The translations under genes and the position numbers were made by a program. The notes beneath the pieces were generated by a model. The model did no database searches. It was given only the letters and a program-made list of their open reading frames with translations, and was not told the origin of the DNA. Of a stretch of DNA of 58,715 nucleotides, positions 8,711 to 17,278 are shown one piece after another. Numbering within the stretch: position 1 is the stretch's first letter; every line of letters begins with the position of its first letter. Source of the stretch: a virus (taxonomy: Duplodnaviria; Caudoviricetes); IMG/VR virus record IMGVR_UViG_3300032561_000025, positions 1-58,715 of that record; one strand, written 5' to 3'.

Positions 8711-9388
8711 TTATTTGGCCCTCCCGGTGATGGGTGTTTTCTCTGATAGTCTTTTTTGAATCCACGCCTCGATCTTGGATAGGGTGGCTTCTAAAGCCGC
8801 CGCGTTAGCCGCCGCGTTAGCCGCCGCGCTAGCCGCCGCGTTAGCCGCCGCGTAAGCCGCGTGAGCCGCGTTAGCCGCGTGAGCCGCCGCGTAAGCCGCG
8901 TTAGCCGCCGCGTAAGCCGCCGCGCTAGCCGCCGCGTGAGCCGCCGCGTAAGCCGCGTTAGCCGCCGCGTAAGCCGCCGCGCTATTTTTCTCAGTCGGAT
9001 CAGCCAGCCACTTCTTTGCGGCCTCAATTGCCTCTCTCGGGCGATCCTCGCCGGGGTATTTCTTCTCGTAAATTCCAATGACCAGTTTCGCCGCGAAGAT
9101 GGCAAGAGAAACCGAGTCCTCCTTCTTCCATTCCCAGACTTCGACCAGCCGCATCTTCTGATGCACGCTCTTGTCAGCTTGGGCTAGACTTTCTCCAGCG
9201 ACTTCGACTCTCGCAATGAATGCGGTCCAAATATAGCCCATCGCGTCCAGCACTCGCTCGCTGCAATGAAAGCCGTTCTCGCAAAGGACTGGCTTGCCCT
9301 TGACTTGCTTCCACTCGCCAATTTTCCAAGCGCAGTTGCCGTGCGCTGACTTGAGACCATTTGCCAGCGTCTTGAATAGGGTTTTCAT
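8711..9388 (-). CDS. Phage hypothetical protein with Ala-rich repeat
   Basis: N-terminal LCENGFHCS domain, a PREAIEAAKKWL helix, then an (AAYAAANA)n tract. Confidence 0.7.
   Translation of the reverse strand: MKTLFKTLANGLKSAHGNCAWKIGEWKQVKGKPVLCENGFHCSERVLDAMGYIWTAFIARVEVAGESLAQADKSVHQKMRLVEVWEWKKEDSVSLAIFAAKLVIGIYEKKYPGEDRPREAIEAAKKWLADPTEKNSAAAYAAANAAYAAAHAAASAAAYAAANAAYAAAHAANAAHAAYAAANAAASAAANAAANAAALEATLSKIEAWIQKRLSEKTPITGRAK
8793..8981. repeat. 9/12-bp tandem repeat encoding AAxA units
   Basis: gccgccgcgtta / gccgcgtaa / gccgcgtga units, read directly from the sequence. Confidence 0.9.
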
Positions 9389-9433
9389 AAGTTTTTAGCC
9401 CTCCCGGCGTCTCTACGTTGATGATTGAGACGG

Positions 9434-10072
9434 TCATGCCGACTTGAGTTTGGCGGATTGCGAGTGGTTGGCGTAGGTGTCCCACGTCGGATAATAGGCA
9501 TCTGCCTGATCGCCCCATACAGACCATCGCGGGCGGGGGCCACGCGCAAACAGTTCAAGATACGGGCCGGGGCTGCATGCCTCGATAACATCGTAAATCT
9601 CATCGGGCTTCCGCGAATGCTCCCGCTTCATAGTCCTGATGATGTTTACCTGTCGGCGTCCTGGAGCGAGCGTCCGAGCGTTCTTGCCGCGAACGCCGAA
9701 TAAGACTAATTCCGTGGTGTTGCGAAAATAGAAGCCTACACCGCGCCCGTCTGGTCCGCCGTCCTTTCTGACTTTGTGCCAGACGATGTTGCTCTTGTAT
9801 TGGAACCCCCATGCGCGAAGTGTTTCAAGACCCTCTGGCAAAAGGGCATTGGGAACCCACAGATACAAATGGGCGGTTTCAGTCAGGACCGAAGCCACCG
9901 GCATCGCCTTGATATCACTAAGATTCATAGTGCAATACCGATTTAGACGACGGTGTTCAGGCGCGATCTTTCCGGTACGATTCTGGAACTGCCATGGCGG
10001 ATCGGCCAATACTGTTGAAAACTTGTGCCGGCTCGCCACGCGCAGGAGACTTTGGTGAAGTGTGCTAGGCAT
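9434..10072 (-). CDS. MT-A70 family N6-adenine methyltransferase
   Basis: Catalytic DPPW, LYLWV, WGF.YK..IVW.K, HSRKP and LELFAR motifs. Confidence 0.9.
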   Translation of the reverse strand: MPSTLHQSLLRVASRHKFSTVLADPPWQFQNRTGKIAPEHRRLNRYCTMNLSDIKAMPVASVLTETAHLYLWVPNALLPEGLETLRAWGFQYKSNIVWHKVRKDGGPDGRGVGFYFRNTTELVLFGVRGKNARTLAPGRRQVNIIRTMKREHSRKPDEIYDVIEACSPGPYLELFARGPRPRWSVWGDQADAYYPTWDTYANHSQSAKLKSA

Positions 10073-10078
10073 GGCGTA

Positions 10079-11002
10079 TCACTCAATTGCATCGTCGAAC
10101 TCATCCCATTTTTGCTGTTTCCCGCCCCCAAAGAGCGCGACAAAGGATTCGATGAAATCCTGGCGACTCTTGGCGATCTGCAAAAATCCCGTGATCTTGC
10201 TGAGGTGATCCCGCAATTCCTCTTTGGCGTTTTCCTCAATGAATTGATGCAGTCTCATCCATTCTGCGTCTTTTCCAGAATCAGAGGAATACTGCGCCCT
10301 CTTCGCTTTTAATTCAGAGGGAAGTCCGGAAAAAATCGGCTCATAGATAAATCGGTTCGTCCACTTACCAACCCAACTTGGTTTGTTCCTGCTAGCTTTG
10401 AATGAATCACCATAGAGGCGAAGCAGCGAGATGTAGAACTCATCCTTGAATGTTTTTTTCCATTTTTCAGGGATAGAAAGGAGAAGGGTATCGACCGGCC
10501 GCAGTTTCTGGCGAGCGTTGCGGAACGCGATGACGAGGCGGAGTCGGTATTCGCGAGTTGCCGCATTCGGTTTACTCAGGGTTAGGAGCAACGCAATCTG
10601 GTCAAAGTTGAGCCAAGCGAACTTTTGCGGATTTCCTGACGTAAGTTGCGCTCTCTTGCCAACTAGCGTTTCAAACGCGAGTTGTCCTAGCTGAGTCAAC
10701 GACTCTTCATTTTTGTAAATCTGGTCTAGAAGATTCTTGTGCTGGATTCCGAACAGCTTGGCGATCTCCCTAGAATCGACATAAATCTCGCTCCCCTGAT
10801 TTATGGCATGGTTAAATTCGTTCATGGGCTTTGGGCGATAGGCGAGGACCGTATCGGCAATCTTGTCCAGAATTTCGAGGTGGTGATTCACGCCGTTAGT
10901 TGTTTGTAGGTGAGCCGATGGCCAGCCGTCGCAGAGACAAGGCTCGAAAGCCTTTCCCTGCGGTTTCGCGGTCATGGCTGGTCCTTGGGTTGGTGTGCTC
11001 AT
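10079..11002 (-). CDS. Rha-family regulatory protein fused to a P63C domain (true start possibly 10825)
   Basis: DSREIAKLFGIQHKNLL (Rha); W.K.F..EFY...RL....KPSWVGKWTN..IY...LHQF (P63C). Confidence 0.75.
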   Translation of the reverse strand: MSTPTQGPAMTAKPQGKAFEPCLCDGWPSAHLQTTNGVNHHLEILDKIADTVLAYRPKPMNEFNHAINQGSEIYVDSREIAKLFGIQHKNLLDQIYKNEESLTQLGQLAFETLVGKRAQLTSGNPQKFAWLNFDQIALLLTLSKPNAATREYRLRLVIAFRNARQKLRPVDTLLLSIPEKWKKTFKDEFYISLLRLYGDSFKASRNKPSWVGKWTNRFIYEPIFSGLPSELKAKRAQYSSDSGKDAEWMRLHQFIEENAKEELRDHLSKITGFLQIAKSRQDFIESFVALFGGGKQQKWDEFDDAIE

Positions 11003-11006
11003 AAAC

Positions 11007-11474
11007 TCATTCAGCCCTCGTTTCCTTTGGCCCTTCGATTTGCAGTCCCTTGAATTTCGATTCGATCATTCGCTGGTATAGGGTTTCTCCTGTTTCAGTG
11101 TGCGCGTAGGGCAGGAATACTTGGTCCAGAGTGGCCATCTCGGTTTCGATCAGGGCCATTTGCGCCTCTATCCAGTCTTTCAATATCCTCCACGCAACGC
11201 GCCGCGCATAGTCAGAATCGTTGAGAAGCCTGCGCGGAACTTTGCCTTCCCTGACGGCCCGGTTGAGAACGGCGCAGACCTTCTGAACATCGCACGGGAG
11301 CTTAAACGCCATGATACCGCATTGGGTAACGACCTTGAAGCTGATGGCCGTGACGTTCCCTCCAGCGTCGTACTCAGAGAGAATCGCCTGTGCTTTCGCC
11401 TTCACAAGCGCCTGCTGTACCTCGGCGATCGTGCGGAAGGTTGGAACGGTGGTCGTGTAATTCAGCAGCGGCAT
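11007..11474 (-). CDS. Conserved phage hypothetical protein
   Basis: NYTT.V...RTIAEVQ..L...A.RVAWRILKDWIEAQ.A, a pattern I recognise from phage proteins. Confidence 0.7.
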   Translation of the reverse strand: MPLLNYTTTVPTFRTIAEVQQALVKAKAQAILSEYDAGGNVTAISFKVVTQCGIMAFKLPCDVQKVCAVLNRAVREGKVPRRLLNDSDYARRVAWRILKDWIEAQMALIETEMATLDQVFLPYAHTETGETLYQRMIESKFKGLQIEGPKETRAE

Positions 11475-11911
11475 TAGGGCTCCTTTGCGCTTTCGATCGG
11501 CGGGGCGAGCTTTCTCAAGGCGTTACCGCTAGTGAAGGCTCGGAATCCATCCTCAAATTCAACCTCAACGGTGTTCATTTTCCCGCGTGCCAAAATCCGA
11601 CAGCGTTGGCCATTGCGGTCGCCTAGGCGCCTTTTCCATCGCCAAACCAGCGGGTAAATCGACTCTCGTCTTTCGTCTTTCGCGGTTTGCTGATCGGCGG
11701 TGGCGGCGGTTGTGCTCATGCGACTTCCTCCATCAGTTTCTTTTCCTGCCACGTCCAAAACCCCTCCCTCGGCGATCTTCTCGCTCGCCCTGTTCCACAT
11801 CGCCTCAACACCCTCCCAGAAGAAATGCCCCCGCGTGAACACCTCGCGCACCAACATCTCGTCGCTCATCCCCTCCAGCCCGCCCACCCCAAATTTCTCT
11901 TGGTTATCCAT
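11474..11911 (-). CDS. Hypothetical protein, first gene of the leftward operon
   Basis: C-terminal R.GQRCRILARGKMNT..VEFEDG small beta domain; TTGACA lies 39 nt upstream. Confidence 0.55.
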   Translation of the reverse strand: MDNQEKFGVGGLEGMSDEMLVREVFTRGHFFWEGVEAMWNRASEKIAEGGVLDVAGKETDGGSRMSTTAATADQQTAKDERRESIYPLVWRWKRRLGDRNGQRCRILARGKMNTVEVEFEDGFRAFTSGNALRKLAPPIESAKEP

Positions 11912-12344
11912 AAGTCACTGGGTCTGTATCTATCGCGTCAAGTATGTCAATACTTATTTCGCTCTCCCTCTCATAAAAAAAATACCCTCCCACTTTTTCC
12001 ACTCCTTTTCTACCCAGAATTTCCTACAAAAAATTACCCTCCACTTCCCACAAATTATTATCCAGAAAATTTCCCCCGTCCCCAATAAATCAATTCCCCC
12101 AATATTATCCCTCACCAGTTCCCACCCCAGTTTCGAGACGCGCTAACCAATGCAAGGTGGAGCGTGACTCGGGCGTATGGGACCCGCTGGGCTGGTCGGG
12201 ACACGGTTGCCGGGACCGGTTGCCCCTCCGGAGGGTGTCCCTCTGAGCTATTTCGAAGGCACTTTCGACCTTCCGGACCGATCACCTTCACTTTTTAAAC
12301 AGAAACGAGGTTAAACCCTTGGGGCTCAACAAGTAGAATACAGG

Positions 12345-12372
12345 ATTTAACATAATGGAACTTGTGCGAAGT
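12345..12372 (-). other. dif-like XerC/XerD recombination site
   Basis: Minus strand reads ACTTCGCACAA-GTTCCA-TTATGTTAAAT. The right arm is identical to the E. coli dif XerD arm, the geometry is 11-6-11 and the left arm is XerC-like. Confidence 0.8.
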
Positions 12373-12898
12373 AGGCTCACAATCCGCTGCGCCGCACTAC
12401 ATTAACCAAGTGCAACCGATTTGCTGCGCATCTGGTCCGGGTCGAATTTGCTGGACGGACTGAAAAGCGAGGGTAGAATCCGCAGGACGAGCCCCGAGGC
12501 TCGCCGAGGATGACTCAGGCTCCGGATGGAGTCCGGAAAGCGTTGGAATACCCCCACGAAGAGCAACCCTCGTTAAAATCCGGTACAGCGGACAGTGAGG
12601 GAAGACAGCATGGAGGGTCTGGGTCAGTGTGGGTCCGGAGGGAGGGAGTTGCGGGGAGAGCGGTCGGACGGGCCGGGAAACGGGAAGGATAAACCGGGAG
12701 GGTGCGGGCGGGGAGTGGGTCTGGGGTGTGTAAACTTTCCGGGGCGGACCGGGGTAGGTAGTTGCCGGGCTGGAAAGAAAGTGTGATTTTAAACGATATA
12801 TATGATTGACGCCGGGCGGTGTGTTTTCGTAGGGTTTTGGTCGCCGGGGATCCCGGCCCGAAATTAATTCGGCAACCGATAACCAAAAAGGAAATACA

Positions 12899-13900
12899 AT
12901 GGAAACGAAAGCGACAAATCAACAACCCGCAGTGGGTGCGCCGAGCAGTGCGATAATTGCATGGATGAGCCAGATCGTAATCGACGCGGCGCAGCGGGGA
13001 AATATCAAATTATCGATGCCTGCGGAAGTGGTCCGGAAAGTGGTAGGCGAGCAGGTTGAAGTTGCGCGGAAACTACTCGCGCAAGGACTCGCCGAGCAGG
13101 CGGTCGAAGTAGCGAAGACATTAGTAACACGGGTCGAGATAAAGGTGGGGAATTTCCCGCCGGTTAAGCTGGATTCGATGCACTGTCAGGTGCCGGACTT
13201 GGTGCATATCGTGCAGAGTCTGAGGCCGGGAATGCGTAACGTGATGCTTGTGGGTCCCTGCGGATCCGGAAAGACCCGCGCCGTGATGCAGGTCTCTGAG
13301 TCTTGCGGTTTCGGCCCGGCATTCATTCAGGGTCAGACGGTGAGCCGGTTCGAATACGATGGATTCGTCGACGCTCACGGTGTGTATCACTCCAGCACGT
13401 TTAGGCGGTTTTGCGAGGCCCCGAAAGGTGTATACCTGCAAGACGAGATCGACTCGTCAGACAATTCCGCACTGCTTGCCCTGAAAGCGTTTCAGTCAAA
13501 TGGGTGCTTCACCTTTCCGGACGGCAAGACGTTTCAGCGGACCCCGGACCACTACATCATCGCGGCGGCAAACACCTACGGGACCGGAGCCAATCGCCGC
13601 TACTGCGGACGGACGCCCCTTGACGCTGCCACCCTTGACGAATACCGCATCCTAACGTGGAAGTACGACGAAGACCTTGAGGCCCGCCTCGTTGGCAACG
13701 CTGAGTGGCATAGCAGGGTCAAGAGCGTGCGCTGGGCGGTGGACAAGCTGGATCTGGCGCACCCCATCACACCCCGCAACGCCATGAGGGGAGCGGATGA
13801 GATCCGCGCTGGGTCGAATATCGCCGAGCAGGAATTGGCGCAACTGAGGCGCGGACTCATGGACTCGGATTGGCAAAAGGTGATTGCAAACGCCAAGTAA
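12899..13900 (+). CDS. MoxR/CobS-like AAA+ ATPase
   Basis: GPCGSGKT, LQDEID and AAANTYGTG..Y.GR..LDAATLD motifs; SD AAGGA. Confidence 0.85.
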   Translation: METKATNQQPAVGAPSSAIIAWMSQIVIDAAQRGNIKLSMPAEVVRKVVGEQVEVARKLLAQGLAEQAVEVAKTLVTRVEIKVGNFPPVKLDSMHCQVPDLVHIVQSLRPGMRNVMLVGPCGSGKTRAVMQVSESCGFGPAFIQGQTVSRFEYDGFVDAHGVYHSSTFRRFCEAPKGVYLQDEIDSSDNSALLALKAFQSNGCFTFPDGKTFQRTPDHYIIAAANTYGTGANRRYCGRTPLDAATLDEYRILTWKYDEDLEARLVGNAEWHSRVKSVRWAVDKLDLAHPITPRNAMRGADEIRAGSNIAEQELAQLRRGLMDSDWQKVIANAK

Positions 13901-13926
13901 ACGCTGAACCGAAAAAGGGCAATCCG

Positions 13927-14796
13927 ATGAAAACCGAAAACGAGTTTAAACTGGTCGAAACGATAGACCCTAATCCGGGTAGGTTCGGGGACCGCATGAT
14001 CCGCACTCTGGATTTTTGCGATTTGCCGCACCTTCTCCGGGTCGCCGAGGTTGATTCGCCGCAGTGGGCCGAGAAGGGGCACTACAGCAAGGGGGACGGA
14101 GACGCGCAATGGCGCGGGACGAATACGTGGGCCGAGGCAATGCAGCTAGTCCGGACCGGTTGGCCGGAAGGATTTGCCAAGGCGAACGCACTGCGCGGCA
14201 ATCTGGTTGCGAGCGTGTCCGGATCCCGAGCGATGAAACCGAAACTCAGGCGTGACATCGCGGGTTTTATGCCGTGTGTTCCCGCTGTCCTTGCCGGTGA
14301 GCCTGATTCGATGTATTCCATCAAATTAAACGAGGCCGAGAACAGGGGCCGCATCATCCGCATCGTCTATAATGTCTGCGTGTCCGCAGGGATTGACGCG
14401 GAGACAATGACGCTGCGCGGAGCCCTTGCCCTTGCCCTTATCGATTTGCTGGAGGGGTGCGGATTCAGGTGCGAGGTTATCCTCGCTATCGGCGACTCGT
14501 TCGGGGGGTTCAGAAATCAGATATTCGTTCCCCTGAAAAACTCTGACCAAAATCCGGAAATGGATTCCCTCGCTTTCTGGATCGCGCACCCAGCGGGATT
14601 AAGGCGAATCATATTCGCAATTCTGGAAAATTGCTTTCCGGATTTGCCCTATTCCTACGGGTCCCCGACCGAGGTATGCAAGGATCGGCAAGGGGACATC
14701 TACTGCAACGAGGCTTACCTCGGGGACGTTAACAACGAAACCGCAGTCCCCTTCCTAAAAAGTCAGCTTCAAAAGTTCGGCGTCGAAATTTCCTGA
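13927..14796 (+). CDS. vWA-like partner of the AAA ATPase (CobT-like)
   Basis: Directly downstream of the AAA gene. Contains G..P.VP..LAG.P..M and an IRIVYN..VS.......RG..AL.LID.LE..G strand-helix pattern. Confidence 0.65.
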   Translation: MKTENEFKLVETIDPNPGRFGDRMIRTLDFCDLPHLLRVAEVDSPQWAEKGHYSKGDGDAQWRGTNTWAEAMQLVRTGWPEGFAKANALRGNLVASVSGSRAMKPKLRRDIAGFMPCVPAVLAGEPDSMYSIKLNEAENRGRIIRIVYNVCVSAGIDAETMTLRGALALALIDLLEGCGFRCEVILAIGDSFGGFRNQIFVPLKNSDQNPEMDSLAFWIAHPAGLRRIIFAILENCFPDLPYSYGSPTEVCKDRQGDIYCNEAYLGDVNNETAVPFLKSQLQKFGVEIS

Positions 14797-14818
14797 TTGT
14801 TTAAACGAAAGGTCAAAA

Positions 14819-15505
14819 ATGGAAAAGCAAGTTGAACAGTCCACACCGAGCCCCGAGAACACCCCGGAGCCCGTCGAAATCGAGATCGAGATCGAAGGAT
14901 TTGAGACCAAGCCCGAGCCCGAGCCGGTCCCGGTCCCCGATAGCACCCCGGAGCCCCAGCGCAGCCCCGACAGCACCCCCAGCGAGCCTGTCCCGGTCCC
15001 GGAGATACCTGAGCCTAGGGACGACACCCCCTGGCCTGAGGAGGCAAAGAAAAACCGGGAGGCATGGCTCGCCGAGGCGGCACGGCGCACGGCGCGGCAC
15101 GCTGACTCCCTGACCCATGTCCTGTTTTCGACAGGCTACGGCAAGGGAGGCACGCGAGGCCATCGTCAAGTCTACATCATCGCAAACAAGTCCGGCGTCG
15201 GTTTCCAAGTTTTCATCCGTCCCACGGTTCATTCGAAAGACTTGGCAGCCGGTTGCGTGCGGGCCGCCCTCTCCGGTTTAAACATCCGGGCGCGGTTCGG
15301 TCTGGATGATATTGGCAATTGGCCGGACTACCCGCAGCCCGAGGCCAGCGAGGTTCACACCCCGCAAGCCACCCGGATGATCAAAGCCAAGTGCCCGGTG
15401 TGCGGTTGCACGCTCCGCATTTCCGACCACTGGATCGAGAAGTCCGAGGGCAAGCTGACCTGCCCGATGCCGGGGTGCGGCACCCGCATGGAGATCACCC
15501 GGTAA
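14819..15505 (+). CDS. Pro/Glu-rich protein with degenerate SprT-like domain and C-terminal Zn ribbon
   Basis: Q.TRMIK.KCPVCG..LR....WI.....CP..C; no HExxH motif is present. Confidence 0.55.
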   Translation: MEKQVEQSTPSPENTPEPVEIEIEIEGFETKPEPEPVPVPDSTPEPQRSPDSTPSEPVPVPEIPEPRDDTPWPEEAKKNREAWLAEAARRTARHADSLTHVLFSTGYGKGGTRGHRQVYIIANKSGVGFQVFIRPTVHSKDLAAGCVRAALSGLNIRARFGLDDIGNWPDYPQPEASEVHTPQATRMIKAKCPVCGCTLRISDHWIEKSEGKLTCPMPGCGTRMEITR

Positions 15506-15618
15506 CGTCCTACCGAAAACGAGCAGCCCGGCGCAGCATAATATATAAGCTTGACGCTCGCCGGGCTTTCTCCCACCCTACAGTCAGTCGCAATCCAAAA
15601 CTCAACCAAGGAAAGACA

Positions 15619-15822
15619 ATGAAACGCCAGATTACAATCACACTGGTCCGGAGCACACCGCCGCCGAACTTCGAAGACAGTTACAAGGTGCGCAGCATCA
15701 CGAATGCTCTTGCGGTCGAGGTGTTGGGCAAAGTGTTCCACGCCGGGGACACGATGACCACGGTGCAAGCGGAACACCTTCTCATGGATCCCGCAGTGCA
15801 GATGAAGGTGCTTGCATCCTGA
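15619..15822 (+). CDS. Small early protein
   Basis: ATG at 15619 after CAAGGAAAG; TTGACG at 15551 upstream. Confidence 0.55.
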   Translation: MKRQITITLVRSTPPPNFEDSYKVRSITNALAVEVLGKVFHAGDTMTTVQAEHLLMDPAVQMKVLAS

Positions 15823-15922
15823 ATACGGGCGCGGCCTCACCGAGCCCCGGCCCGCGCCGGGGCTCCCCTGAGTCCACAACGGATTCACCCGAAACAAGGC
15901 AACCCACGAAAGAGGACACAAC

Positions 15923-16258
15923 ATGGACAACGAAGACCACAATATCGTCGAATCGCTTGTCAGGATCGACATCCGCAGGGCGCGGGAAATGGCTTGGCTT
16001 TTCCGCAACGTGAACCCGGCCAAACTGACCTGCGAGCAGCGGCAGCGGATGATGGCGACCCTCGTTTATCCGCTCTTTATCGACATTTGCCTTCCGCTGA
16101 TCAAGAGCATCGTCAAGCCCGGCACCGAGATCCGGCCCGACTGGTACACCGGCCTGGTCAACGCGGACGAGGACGGCGAGCACCCCTCGCCCTGCAAGTT
16201 TAAACTCCCCAGCGGCGCGGAGCAGATGCGGCGCATGAGGTTCAACGGGCGCAACTGA
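15923..16258 (+). CDS. Small early protein
   Basis: SD GAGGA; GC3-rich codons. Confidence 0.6.
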   Translation: MDNEDHNIVESLVRIDIRRAREMAWLFRNVNPAKLTCEQRQRMMATLVYPLFIDICLPLIKSIVKPGTEIRPDWYTGLVNADEDGEHPSPCKFKLPSGAEQMRRMRFNGRN

Positions 16259-16354
16259 CCCGCGATCCCACCCCGAGCCCCCGCCGCCCGATCCCCGGCG
16301 CGGGGGCTTCACGGTGGGATCCGGATCACCCGGAGCCCGTAACCAAGGAAATCC

Positions 16355-16576
16355 ATGAGCAACCCGACAAAGGAAACCATCCTCATCCGACTCAATCCGG
16401 CCCCGAAGCCGGGAGTCGCCGAGTACATCCACCTCGTCAACGGTGTGATCGTCGCCAAGTTCCCCGGCACCCTGTCCTTCGACTGGATAAAGGGCTTCTC
16501 CGCAGGGCGCGGTGCGGATCTGGTGAACATTGCCGACCAGCAGCCCCTGACGTACATGGAGCGGAACGCAGTTTAA
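16355..16576 (+). CDS. Small early protein
   Basis: SD AAGGA; stop codon lies inside GTTTAAAC. Confidence 0.6.
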   Translation: MSNPTKETILIRLNPAPKPGVAEYIHLVNGVIVAKFPGTLSFDWIKGFSAGRGADLVNIADQQPLTYMERNAV

Positions 16577-16782
16577 ACGCGAGGTGCGCCGGGGCGTTCC
16601 CAAGGATCCCTCCAACAACGGAAACCCTTCCCGGTTCGTGTGTCCCACCGGGGGCGACCCGACAACGATGGTAGCCGCATCCAAACAAAGATCGTCTTCA
16701 CCGTGTTCTTTGTCCCACAACAATGCGTAGCGAGAGTAGTTGCCGGGAAGCCCACGAGGGCAGCGAACAACAACAACAACCC

Positions 16783-17034
16783 ATGACCCAGTTTAAACCA
16801 GTCAATTCGCTCGATCCTCCGCCTCCCGCGTTCTTGGGGTACAAGTTTTCCAAGGGCGGGAGCCTGATGATTTGCGTCTGCAAATGGTGCGCGTCGGCCC
16901 CGCAGGTCGAGGCATGGGCGGCGAGGCACAAGGCGCAGGTGACCCACGGAATTTGTCAGGCACACTATGCGGAGCAGTCCGCGAAATATATCGGAGAGAA
17001 AACCAATGGCACACAACCGACTGAAGAAAATTAA
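16783..17034 (+). CDS. Small Zn-binding protein
   Basis: CVCKWC...THGIC..H motif; ATG follows a (CAA)n leader. Confidence 0.6.
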   Translation: MTQFKPVNSLDPPPPAFLGYKFSKGGSLMICVCKWCASAPQVEAWAARHKAQVTHGICQAHYAEQSAKYIGEKTNGTQPTEEN

Positions 17035-17278
17035 CGGTAGCGTTAAGACCTTTAACGGTATCGTAAGCGGCGACCACCTGAAAATCTACAGGTTCGCTTT
17101 AAACGGCAACCAAGCCCAGACGATCCTGAAGGCGATGCGGATGATGCTGGTCGCCAACCAAGCGGTGATGAACCAAGGGGCGTTGCCGCCGCCCGCGAAG
17201 ATGGCCCGGCAGACGGACATCGACGCGCTTCGGGACGTTTTGCAGCAGCTTGAGGAGCAGCTTTCCCAGCAGCCGTGA
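17006..17278 (+). CDS. Hypothetical protein
   Basis: SD GGAG; ATG at 17006. Confidence 0.5.
   Translation: MAHNRLKKINGSVKTFNGIVSGDHLKIYRFALNGNQAQTILKAMRMMLVANQAVMNQGALPPPAKMARQTDIDALRDVLQQLEEQLSQQP

Noticed and set aside
9385-9603. ORF overlapping the methyltransferase 3' end
   Set aside because: It lies mostly inside the methyltransferase gene in another frame and has no supporting features.
12515-12925. ORFs in the 11.9-12.9 kb control region
   Set aside because: Low-complexity translations of skewed DNA, with no RBS or coding-like codon usage.
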